A stretch of DNA of 64,000 nt from positions 82,852 to 146,851 of the forward strand of contig JACKEL010000012.1 in assembly GCA_020632975.1 (NCBI GenBank), given 5' to 3'. Shown here piece after piece: positions 19,192 through 27,552 of the stretch. The position numbers and the translations under genes are program-made. Source of the DNA: Myxococcales bacterium (GTDB lineage: Bacteria > Myxococcota_C > UBA6777). The notes beneath the pieces were generated by a model. That model ran no database searches. It saw only the letters and a program-made list of their open reading frames with translations, and was not told where the DNA came from. The stretch's first letter is position 1; every line of letters starts with the position of its first letter.

Positions 19192-20148
19192 TTATTGGAT
19201 TTGTTCCATGGGGATCTTGTGTTTCTTGAGATCTTTTTGCAGGACACGCACAACGATCGGATAGCGCTTAGAGTAACGTTGGTAAAGCGAGCGATACACC
19301 ATGGCTGCGCGAGTGGGCTCGCCCGACTCGGCAAGACGGCGTGCGCGTTCGAGCGATGGATAGATATTGCGGAAGATCTTCATGTGTTTGCGTGCGCGTT
19401 CTTGCATGGGGCTGTCTGGGTTGGCTTTGATCCAACCTTTAAGAAGCCACCACTTGCCGCTCAACTCATAGCTTTCATAACGCAACAACAAGATCTTCTG
19501 ACGCGCATCTGCGACATGTAGTCCTTCTTGAAAACGTCGAACGAAGTTTTCGTAGCCTCGGATGGTGGGGTTCTTTTGCAGACGTGTCCACCAGATATCG
19601 CGGTGCTTGTCGATGGCTTGTTGGCGATAACGTCCCTTGGGGAAGTGCTTGAGGTAAGCCTCCAAGCCTCGGACGCTCGCGTAGCGAATCGCCTTACGAA
19701 AGAACTGATCTTCCACACGTTCTTTGGCTTCGCGAGCAAATTGCCCCTGTGGGAAACGCTGTAGAAAAGCGCGATAAGACTCCAATGTGTCGCGGTCTCG
19801 TGCACGTTGGTAGGCTTTGACCTCGATTTGGGTGCGCGCTTGGCGTCGAAACAGACCTTGAGGAAACTCACGCAGATAATTGCCGTAGCTTTCCTCGCTG
19901 TTGTCTTCTGATGCACGGCGGAAGGACAAGGTATCGAGGCGTTCTTCGGCTGCTTTTCGATCAGGGCTTTGGGGATTTTGCCGAATGAAGTCTTTGTAAG
20001 CGTCGATGTTGTCTTTGCGTCGGACTTCTGTGAAGGGGGAGGTGCAAGCAAACAAAGTGGTCAGGCTAAACAGCGCCCCCCACAACACACCTCGGCGCAA
20101 AAAAGATGACTTGGAGTTGCCAGGGCGGCAGATCTCATCACAATACAT
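19192..20148 (-). CDS. Lipoprotein with about 5 degenerate helical repeats (Y..FL..FP.G...A pattern)
   Basis: The lipobox is TTLFAC. The repeats are YKDFIRQNPQSPDRKAAEERL, YGNYLREFPQGLFRRQARTQIE, YRAFLQRFPQGQFAREAKERVE, LEAYLKHFPKGRYRQQAIDKH and YENFVRRFQEGLHVADARQKI. ATG at 20148 is preferred over the TTG at 20160. Confidence 0.7.
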   Translation of the reverse strand: MYCDEICRPGNSKSSFLRRGVLWGALFSLTTLFACTSPFTEVRRKDNIDAYKDFIRQNPQSPDRKAAEERLDTLSFRRASEDNSEESYGNYLREFPQGLFRRQARTQIEVKAYQRARDRDTLESYRAFLQRFPQGQFAREAKERVEDQFFRKAIRYASVRGLEAYLKHFPKGRYRQQAIDKHRDIWWTRLQKNPTIRGYENFVRRFQEGLHVADARQKILLLRYESYELSGKWWLLKGWIKANPDSPMQERARKHMKIFRNIYPSLERARRLAESGEPTRAAMVYRSLYQRYSKRYPIVVRVLQKDLKKHKIPMEQIQ

Positions 20149-20547
20149 GCTCTTGCTCAACCTTTTATGTTCTCAAAGATCCACTCGTCACCGCAAGACC
20201 GATGTTCTTACTCTGGGTGCGAAGTTCTCTTCTTCTCTCCAAGGCTTTAACAGATTTTGTGCCCCGACGCAAGCAAAGTGTCTTGTTGTGACACACGACC
20301 CTTCTATGAGTGTACGCCGTGGATAGGGAGAGCGTGGGGTTGACCTCAGATCCGCCCTGCGTAAAAACATATCAAAGATGCGCGTTAGGACCTTTTTTGC
20401 TGTCCGAATGTTGAGGTGTTCAAACGAGTTGCTGCATATATGCAAATCAAGGAAATGCTTTTTCTTTTTCCTTTGTTAAGTTTGTATTTTATATCTGTGA
20501 CATAGGAAAAAGACAGAAAGTCCTTGTTAGATGCGGTCAAATTAGTG

Positions 20548-20576
20548 TTGACACCCTTTACAATCCAGACTATACA
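20548..20576 (+). promoter_or_regulatory. Near-consensus sigma-70 promoter, about 220 nt upstream of the HU gene
   Basis: TTGACA (20548-20553), 17-nt spacer, TATACA (20571-20576). Confidence 0.5.
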
Positions 20577-20804
20577 CCGAGATGTCTTTGACACGGGGCT
20601 GGTTTGAGGCTTGTGGCTCTGTGAAAAGCACAAGAAGGTTGGCGAAAAAGTAGTCTGCGATCTTCTGATCTTTGCGTTGTTTTGGTTTGTATTCTCCCAT
20701 ACAACAAGACAGAAGTTTTGATTTGGTCGAGACCATCGCATATCCCGATGGAGGGATACTGCTTGATGGGTCTTTATTCTTATATCGCGAGAGGAGAGAG
20801 TCTG

Positions 20805-21086
20805 ATGACGAAAGCTGAGTTGATCGACAAAGTGATCGGTGATGTGGGTTCTGACAAGCTGACCAAAAAACTGACCGAAGAGTTGATCGAAGCAACCTTC
20901 GAAGCGATGAAAGATGCACTTCTCAAAGAAGGTCGTTTTTCTTACCCCAGCTTCGGCACCTTCACTGTGAAAGAGCGCGCAACTCGTAAAGGCCGTAACC
21001 CCCAAACTGGCCAAGAAATCGAGATCCCTGCATCGAAAACAGTGTCTTTCAAGCCTGCTCCCAAGTTCAAAGAAAGCCTCAAGTAA
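20805..21086 (+). CDS. hup: HU-family nucleoid-associated DNA-binding protein
   Basis: MTKAELIDKV...SFGTFTVKERATRKGRNPQTGQEIEIPASKTVSFKPAPKFKESL. GAGGAGAG precedes the ATG at 20805. The upstream 41 codons in the ORF track are rejected. Confidence 0.9.
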   Translation: MTKAELIDKVIGDVGSDKLTKKLTEELIEATFEAMKDALLKEGRFSYPSFGTFTVKERATRKGRNPQTGQEIEIPASKTVSFKPAPKFKESLK

Positions 21087-21546
21087 GCCTTTCTGGAACT
21101 CCCTTCTTTTTTCTGCCCTTCCTTCCCTACCAAAAGATCACACAAATCCTCCTCCTTTGTCTTGTTTCGGATGCCTTTTCTCAAAAGGTTTTTTCTTTGA
21201 GAGAAAGCCTTGCTTTTCTAGGCGTTTGTCTACCCCAAACACGATAGATGTTCTTTCTTGGGAGATCTCTTCTCCAATATCTATTCCTGATATGCGAAAA
21301 ATGCCTTTGCTATGGATGATTTATGCCTTTTGTGATGACTCCTGAAAGAGATTTCACACGGATTTCATGGGTTGTTCTGTGGCTGCTCACGGTTTGGTGC
21401 GAGATCGTATTGCGGAAACGAGGGAGCGTTGCGCATCAGGAGGAGAAGGCATCGCAGAAAAATAGACGCCCCTTTTTGGCTCTGGCACAACAAGACATGT
21501 GAGGCAGGGATGCCTCGGCGGTATGTATGTCGAGAAGGAGGCGGAT

Positions 21547-22125
21547 ATGTTTGACGCACGTCTTGGTGGTTGGTTGGTTTTGGGGATCTTGTTGATGGCA
21601 GCGCAGGGACCTTGTTCGCCCATCTGTCCAGAGGGAGCGGTGGCAACACAAGCTGGTTTGTGCATGGTGGAGTTGCGTCCTAGTCGTGGATGGCGAATCC
21701 TTCAAAATGGCGATGTTTCGGTTCGTTTGGCAGAGAAAGCCAATACAGACAGTCGCGGTTTGTACGGATTTTGGTTGGTGGAGATGCCTGAGGAGCTTCG
21801 GGCTGAGTCGGGTGTCCAAGCCCAGTTGGGTGGGTGGAAGCTGGTGATCCGCCGCGATGGGGAGCAAAAACTTTTGGGGCAGATGATGTTGCGTTGGCGA
21901 CTTCCCTATGGAGCGCGCCGCGTCTCGCGACAAGAAACCGTGGCTGTTGTGGCGCGTTGGATCAGCGGAAACCAGCGTCGTAGCAAGCAAATCTTTGGTC
22001 AATATGACCAACAAGCAGGCATTCTTCAAATAAAGTTGGATAAATGGGCACCTGACATGCATCAAGTTGAATTAATCCCAGTACGACGGGATAAAAGAGC
22101 GGGCCGCGAGGTGGCAAGCCTTTAA
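21547..22125 (+). CDS. Hypothetical secreted protein
   Basis: GAAGGAGG precedes the ATG at 21547. The signal peptide is MFDARLGGWLVLGILLMAAQG. No domain was recognised. Confidence 0.55.
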   Translation: MFDARLGGWLVLGILLMAAQGPCSPICPEGAVATQAGLCMVELRPSRGWRILQNGDVSVRLAEKANTDSRGLYGFWLVEMPEELRAESGVQAQLGGWKLVIRRDGEQKLLGQMMLRWRLPYGARRVSRQETVAVVARWISGNQRRSKQIFGQYDQQAGILQIKLDKWAPDMHQVELIPVRRDKRAGREVASL

Positions 22126-22350
22126 GGTGACAAATTTGACTTGTTTTTCTTGAAATGATGAATAATATCTTGTCGGCACATCGACGGCTGTTCAAAGATT
22201 GCACAAGAAGACGTTGTTTTGTGAACGAGATGTAAACCAAAACGTGAAACGTTGAATCAAAAGCGAATAAGGCCGTCCAAGCCCACATATGTTGTCATCC
22301 ACCCGTATCTGAGCGGGTGAGTCTTGAAAAGCGTGAGAAGGAGAAAAGTA

Positions 22351-22509
22351 ATGAAGAAGCTTGCTATGGTATTTGGTTTGTTGTTTGCTGTTGGTTTCGC
22401 TTCGGTTGCAGTGACTGGTTGCCCCGCACCCACCACTACTGAAAAAGCTGCTGAAGCTACTGCTGAACAAGCTGCTGAAACCGTTGCAGATGGTGGCGCA
22501 ACTGAGTAA
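22351..22509 (+). CDS. Small (52 aa) Ala/Glu/Thr-rich lipoprotein
   Basis: AAGGAGAA precedes the ATG at 22351. MKKLAMVFGLLFAVGFASVAVTGC contains a lipobox. A terminator follows directly. Confidence 0.55.
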   Translation: MKKLAMVFGLLFAVGFASVAVTGCPAPTTTEKAAEATAEQAAETVADGGATE

Positions 22510-22535
22510 TCAGTTCGTTCCTCTCGGTTTCTCAA

Positions 22536-22561
22536 AGGTCCCTTCGGGGGCCTTTTTTTTT
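22536..22561 (+). terminator. Intrinsic terminator with UUCG tetraloop
   Basis: aggtccc-ttcg-ggggcct followed by a run of 9 T. Confidence 0.6.
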
Positions 22562-22658
22562 GCCTTTTTGCGAGAAAAGCGTGTTTGGGAAGGGGGATGT
22601 TGCAGGTTGCTTTGATTTTGTGAGAGCAGCGAGATGTCCCAAATATCGAGCGGGTGGG

Positions 22659-23327
22659 TCAGCGTTCGAAGCGTCTGGGTTCGAGATGTAGGGCTTCTGC
22701 GATGGCGAGAGCGATGGGGGCTGCGGCTTCTTGTGGGGAAGGGGCTTGGGGGAAGGTTTGGTGAAGTGACGCCACGCCTTTTCCTACCAAACCGCAAGGG
22801 ACGAGCAATTGGAAGAGATCGAGATCGGTTTGCAGATTCAGCGCGAAGCCGTGCATGGTCACATCTCGATGGATGTGGAGGCCAAAGGCTGTGATCTTTT
22901 GATCTTTGATCCAGATTCCTGGGTATTTTTCGTCGTAACGTGCGTCAAGATCGAAGCCTTGGAGATAAGAGATGATCGCACCTGCGATCTTCTCAACGAA
23001 CGGGTACAGCGAGAGTTTCCTGTCTTTTAAGTTGACGATCAGGTAACCCACAAGTTGTCCTGGGGCGTGCAAGGTCGCGTCTCCACCACGATCTGAGCGG
23101 ATCAGTTCAACACCTTTTTGCTCAAGGAGCTGGGGAGAAAGCAGCAGGCTTTGTTCACCGCGCAGACGCCCAAGCGTGATGGTTGGGGGATGTTCGAGCA
23201 AGAGTAGCGTGTCAGGGATTTGTTGTTGGATGCGTTGTTGGCGCAGTTCTTTTTGCCATGCCCACGCCTCTTGGTAAGGGACAAGGCCAGGGGTGGTCCA
23301 CTGAAGGATGTCTTTTGGGTGTTCCAT
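22659..23327 (-). CDS. lipB: Octanoyltransferase (lipoyl/octanoyl transferase)
   Basis: GLVPYQEAWAWQ...LLLLEHPPTITLGR...RSDRGGDATLHAPGQLVGY...KITAFGLHI...HGFALN. Confidence 0.9.
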   Translation of the reverse strand: MEHPKDILQWTTPGLVPYQEAWAWQKELRQQRIQQQIPDTLLLLEHPPTITLGRLRGEQSLLLSPQLLEQKGVELIRSDRGGDATLHAPGQLVGYLIVNLKDRKLSLYPFVEKIAGAIISYLQGFDLDARYDEKYPGIWIKDQKITAFGLHIHRDVTMHGFALNLQTDLDLFQLLVPCGLVGKGVASLHQTFPQAPSPQEAAAPIALAIAEALHLEPRRFER

Positions 23328-23393
23328 GAAGACTACCTATGATGCCCGAGTATCGGGGATGATGAGGGGAAGGCAGGATAGGGTGTCGAGGTG

Positions 23394-26300
23394 TTAGTGC
23401 TTGCCTTGGAGGATATTGGCGACTTCGCTTTTGACGACTTCGTTGGGGTCGTTGACGAGGCGCGCAAGAAGCTCGTGAGCTTCGGGTGTATTGATCTTAT
23501 GGAGTGCTTTGACCGCGCGGAGACGGATGAGCCAGTTTTTGTTTTTGACTTCGCGTTCTAGCAGAGGGATCGCGGCTTCGCCGATGCGTGCGAGTGCTTC
23601 GGCTGCGATCTCCCACTCATCACCGCTGCGAAGTCGTTTGATGATGGCCTCGATCGCGTGCTCTGAGCGCATGTTGCCCAAAGCGAGGATGGCGGCAGAG
23701 CGTTGATCTGGACGTGGCAGGTGGAGCCACGAAAGCAAAAGGGGCTCTGCTTCTTTGCCAAACTGTGTGAAGGCTTCGGCAAAATCGCGGGCTTCTTGTT
23801 CGTCGAGTTGGGGGAAGAAGGACGCGACTTGGTCGATGTATTCGACATTTTCGGGGCGACAAAGCGCGGTCGCTGCTTCCTGCCGATTTTGGGGATTGTT
23901 AAGGAGTTGCAACAGATCCGCGGGAGTCATCTCTTGGAAATCTTCGAAGACCTCGAAGTCATCGACTTCTTCGACATCGATCTCTTGTTGGCTTTGCTCT
24001 TGTGCGAGACGTTCTGCGTGTGCTGCAAGTTCTTCGATATCGCTGTCGATCTCGATGCTGTAACGGTCACAATCGTCGATCAAGTGTTGCCAGTTTTCGA
24101 GGTTGTCGAGTGCTGAGAGGTCGTTGGGCTGGCGGATTTGCAGGTTTGTCTCAGCAAAGTTGCTGAGGAGTTTGCGCAGAAGATCAGGGCGTGAGCTTCC
24201 AAATTGGAATTGGATCGCGAGATCAAGCATGTGATCGCGTAGTGCGATACCAAAGTCGATACAAGCGCGGAGTACGCGTTTTTGGATCTCGCGGAAGTAG
24301 GTCAGCGCGAAAGACTTGATCGAGATAAGATAGTCAAATTGCTCACGTTCTGACCAGTAAGAGACGATCCCAATCGCGAGGCGCGCCATCGCAGGAGAAG
24401 AGATCTCCACAAAAGAGTCTTGTTGGAAGTTGTGACTCATCTTGCCGAGGCGATCGTAGTTTTCTTCTTGGAACTCGTCGATCGAAGCGTCGAAGTCGAG
24501 TTGGTTGGCGGGGAGGGCGGACTGCCAACGACGGGCTTCTTCGAGGACGTATTCGACGTTTTGTTCGAGAGGTAGGTACACTTGGAGATCGCGGTAGACA
24601 AGGTGTTGTTCATTGCAAAGGTTGATTTGCAACGTGAACTCTTGGCTAAGAAGATCGAAGAACATCACAGCTTGCGTGTCTGCGAGATCCACGGGGCAAG
24701 CGAGGATGTGTTGGAGGACACCTTCAGCATCTTCAAAAGCCAAAAGACACATGATTAGCGGGTAAGAACGAACACGATGAAGTTGCAGATAGAAGTGTGC
24801 GCGTCCGCCGCGATCGAGGATGCGAGACTGGCTCAGTGGGCAAAGGAAGTGGAGCGAGGCGATCTGTTGGGCAGGATCGATGCTGTACCAAAAAGACTGG
24901 CCACTTTGTTGCCATGCTTTTTTGTCCGCAGGGGCTGCTTTGGGCGGATGAACTTCGGCGGATGCGCTGATGCCTTCGCCTACAGTCGTGCGGATGGCCG
25001 TGGCGGTGCGTTGTTTGTTTTGTCGCATATCGGCCAAAGATGAAAGTGCAGGGCGCGCAACCGTCGGAACATCGGGGATAAAGTCTTCTCGCGTTTGTGC
25101 CACAGGGTTTACACCGCGAAGGGCGGGGCGTGTCATGGCTTCGGAAGGATCTTTGGTGATGGGTGTGTCTTCGCCAAGTCCGAGAAGGGCGGAGAGTCGG
25201 TCTTGTTCGCGTTTGGGATCGAACTGGCTCTCTACGTTGGGAAGTGCGCCAATCCCCATCAGTCCATCAAGATTGGTTTCATCGCCTTGGAGGGAGGATA
25301 GAAGATTGGTGGCTTCTTCGGATAGACGGGAGATTTGTGTTGCTGGCTCAGACTCGACATCATCCAAGATCGAGACTTCTTCGATATCTCCAGCGTCGAC
25401 TTCTTGGACATCATCGACCTCAACGCCCAAGACAGCGCGTGCTTTGCGCTGATCTTCCTCAGATACAGGCATCATCAGCGTGGGGGGAGCCTCGTCAAGC
25501 TCGTCCTCTTGCGCTGCTTTGTTGGGGTCGAGTTTTCCAAGGGGTGCTCCAGGGAGGCTCGAAAGAGAAGGCGTCGAAGCTGCGGGCGCAGCGATGGCGC
25601 TGGGAGGTGCAGGAGCCATCGCTGGTTTGAGCGATGTATTGGTGATCTTGGGCAAAGCTGGCGCAGCGGGGATTCCTGCTCGCGATGGACTTGCAGGGGG
25701 TTCCGTTCTTGGCGGTTTGTTCGAGGTTTCCAAGGCTGCCAGCGTGCTTGATGATGCATTTTGGGGCGTCATCGCATCCGAAGAGGGAGTGATGCGTTTT
25801 GAAGGAGCCATCGCGCCAAGATCCCCAAGGGATGGAGCTTCTGGGAAGGGAAGTCGCGCATTACTCGGTGAAGTGGGCGCTGGCTTAGACGGCGCAGGGC
25901 TCACTGCGGGAAGAGAGGGCGTGCTTGGGATATGGGGCCCTGCTTGTAGCATCTCGCGGCTGGCCTGTTGGACTTGGGGGCCAGGTGCGAACTCGATGTG
26001 CGGTTGCATCGCATAAGCGGGGACGATCGTGCGCGGTGTGACGCTCAAGTATTCAAACCACCATCGCATCACCAAGGGAACGCGATTGCGAAAAGCTTCA
26101 GGGACGCGAAGGACAACGCGTTTTTTGAACTCATCGTGGATCAACAAGGGACGAACAAGAGGCATCTCTTGGCCTGAAACGGGGCAGATTACCCATTCGG
26201 TTTTTTGAAGCGAAGGGTAAGAGCGTTCGTCTTGGACGCGCAAAGAACAATGGACTTGGTGGGTTGAGACCACACCTGCATCGCTGATCATGCGTAACTG

Positions 26301-26435
26301 AGCTTGTTGTGTTTCAAAGAGGTCGGGGATGGAGCTTGCGGGTTGGGCAAAAAACGTTGGCCCTGGGAGTGCTTGAGGCCCTGTGGTGGGGAGACCGTAG
26401 GTCGGACAAAATGTAAGCATCGCTTTTTCCATCAT
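23394..26435 (-). CDS. Large (1013 aa) protein: unrecognised N-terminal domain, Pro/Ala/Ser-rich linker, acidic region, C-terminal HEAT/PBS-lyase-like repeats
   Basis: The C-terminus is RSAAILALGNMRSEHAIEAIIKRLRSGDEWEIAAEALARIGEAAIPLL...NWLIRLRAVKALHKINTPEAHELLARLVNDPNEVV. There is a long low-complexity centre. Confidence 0.8.
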   Translation of the reverse strand: MMEKAMLTFCPTYGLPTTGPQALPGPTFFAQPASSIPDLFETQQAQLRMISDAGVVSTHQVHCSLRVQDERSYPSLQKTEWVICPVSGQEMPLVRPLLIHDEFKKRVVLRVPEAFRNRVPLVMRWWFEYLSVTPRTIVPAYAMQPHIEFAPGPQVQQASREMLQAGPHIPSTPSLPAVSPAPSKPAPTSPSNARLPFPEAPSLGDLGAMAPSKRITPSSDAMTPQNASSSTLAALETSNKPPRTEPPASPSRAGIPAAPALPKITNTSLKPAMAPAPPSAIAAPAASTPSLSSLPGAPLGKLDPNKAAQEDELDEAPPTLMMPVSEEDQRKARAVLGVEVDDVQEVDAGDIEEVSILDDVESEPATQISRLSEEATNLLSSLQGDETNLDGLMGIGALPNVESQFDPKREQDRLSALLGLGEDTPITKDPSEAMTRPALRGVNPVAQTREDFIPDVPTVARPALSSLADMRQNKQRTATAIRTTVGEGISASAEVHPPKAAPADKKAWQQSGQSFWYSIDPAQQIASLHFLCPLSQSRILDRGGRAHFYLQLHRVRSYPLIMCLLAFEDAEGVLQHILACPVDLADTQAVMFFDLLSQEFTLQINLCNEQHLVYRDLQVYLPLEQNVEYVLEEARRWQSALPANQLDFDASIDEFQEENYDRLGKMSHNFQQDSFVEISSPAMARLAIGIVSYWSEREQFDYLISIKSFALTYFREIQKRVLRACIDFGIALRDHMLDLAIQFQFGSSRPDLLRKLLSNFAETNLQIRQPNDLSALDNLENWQHLIDDCDRYSIEIDSDIEELAAHAERLAQEQSQQEIDVEEVDDFEVFEDFQEMTPADLLQLLNNPQNRQEAATALCRPENVEYIDQVASFFPQLDEQEARDFAEAFTQFGKEAEPLLLSWLHLPRPDQRSAAILALGNMRSEHAIEAIIKRLRSGDEWEIAAEALARIGEAAIPLLEREVKNKNWLIRLRAVKALHKINTPEAHELLARLVNDPNEVVKSEVANILQGKH

Positions 26436-26671
26436 CTCAAGTAGCTTGACGCGCTTCGAGCAGGCACCAAGGTTTCGTTGGCTGTAGGGCTTTCAACTGC
26501 ACGCTTTGCATTGTGTTGCGGGAAGATAGGCAGAATTGAGCGGGCGAAAGAGTTAACATAGGGAACCCCTGCTGTCAAGCAGGGAAGAGGCTGAAAAGGG
26601 CCTTGCTTGTGGCGTGTTTGGTTGGCTGTCATTGGACTTCTGTGGGACCAAACACGATGGAAAGAGGCTGA

Positions 26672-26710
26672 TAGACAAAACCCCGTTTGCATGGGGCACA
26701 AGCGGGGTTT
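26672..26710 (-). terminator. Intrinsic terminator (minus strand) ending the candidate ncRNA unit
   Basis: The minus strand reads AAACCCCGCTTG-TGCCCCATG-CAAACGGGGTTT followed by TTTTGTCT. There is no T-run in the plus orientation. Confidence 0.6.
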
Positions 26711-27258
26711 GGGGAAAAGGTAGCGTTAACTGATCTCAAAGGGTGTTGGAAAACCTCTCATGGGGGTTCTTTCGCAGTGTGGCCGGCTCGTTTTTACGGC
26801 GGAGTGGTTCGTGGGGTTTTGAGGATTCTCTTTTGATAACGGGAGGTTAGGTTTTTGGGCGTGGCCCGATTCGCTGTCGTCCGCCTGTTCTTGGATGATC
26901 CAGAGGCGGTGGCGGTGGGCGATTTGTGATCACGGTGGGGTTGGATGTCCTCGGTAGTGCGCAACGTGCTAGATAGCATCGCGCATCGACTATGTGGGGG
27001 GGATTACCCTTTTTATCTTCGCGCTTTGTAGCGCTTCCCCACAGTGCGGGATGCGTTCTTACCGCTTTTCTTCCCTGGCTCGTATGACGGCCTGGCCTTC
27101 TGCTTCTTAAGGGCTTCCTTAGCACTCTTGAGTAACCTGTCTCCTAGGTGTTCGTATCTCAAACACTTAAGCGGAGAAACCCTTGCGGGAACAACCGCTT
27201 ACCGAAGTAAGCACACGTTGTCAGGTAGCCTACCTTGTTTTCCTTTTTCAAAGAGCGA
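26672..27258 (-). ncRNA. Candidate structured non-coding RNA of about 590 nt, class unknown
   Basis: The unit is bounded by a near-consensus promoter (27265-27292) and a terminator (26672-26710). It has no credible ORF. Minus-strand hairpins: GCUUAC-UUCG-GUAAGC (27197-27212), CCC-GCAA-GGG (27180-27189), GUGUU..AACAC (27148-27166), GCGCU-ACAA-AGCGC (27021-27034), and a long imperfect stem at 26881-26909. Confidence 0.35.
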
Positions 27259-27264
27259 GTTTGT

Positions 27265-27292
27265 TTTATACCATACAAAAAAACAGTTTCAA
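27265..27292 (-). promoter_or_regulatory. Candidate sigma-70 promoter (extended -10) for the ncRNA unit
   Basis: The minus strand reads TTGAAA (27287-27292), 16-nt spacer ending in TGG, TATAAA (27265-27270). Confidence 0.45.
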
Positions 27293-27552
27293 TGTTTTCT
27301 TTTGTTTCGTTAGGTAGATGCGGGCAAGCGGAGCATCTTGAGGTGTGAGGGGGGTCGTTTTGAAGAGGGCTGTGGTTTCGTTTGCGCTTGTGGGGTTCAA
27401 GTTGTATGCTTGCGCGATGTGAAGAGATCGTGTGGGCGATTTGGCCGTGTATCTCTTCACTTTGGGTGTTTTGTCGTCTCGAAAAAGCAAGACCTTTTGG
27501 GTTGCGGTGTGGGTTCTTTGGATTGTTGCGCCAAAAGTTGCGGTCTTGATGG

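Noticed and set aside
26847-27125. 92-aa minus-strand ORF inside the ncRNA candidate
   Set aside because: It has a GTG start without an SD sequence, and its Arg/Pro/Thr-rich translation is typical of non-coding GC-rich sequence.
26672-27258. Identification of the structured RNA as RNase P RNA, tmRNA or SRP RNA
   Set aside because: A GCGGUAAGAACGC segment and a GGGUAAUCCCCCCCAC segment vaguely recall RNase P CR-III and P14. The near-invariant GGAAAGUCCGG and ACAGAAxCCGGCUUA elements are absent. There is no tRNA-like acceptor or T-arm with CCA for tmRNA, and no GGAA/AGCA domain IV for SRP. It is left as unknown class.
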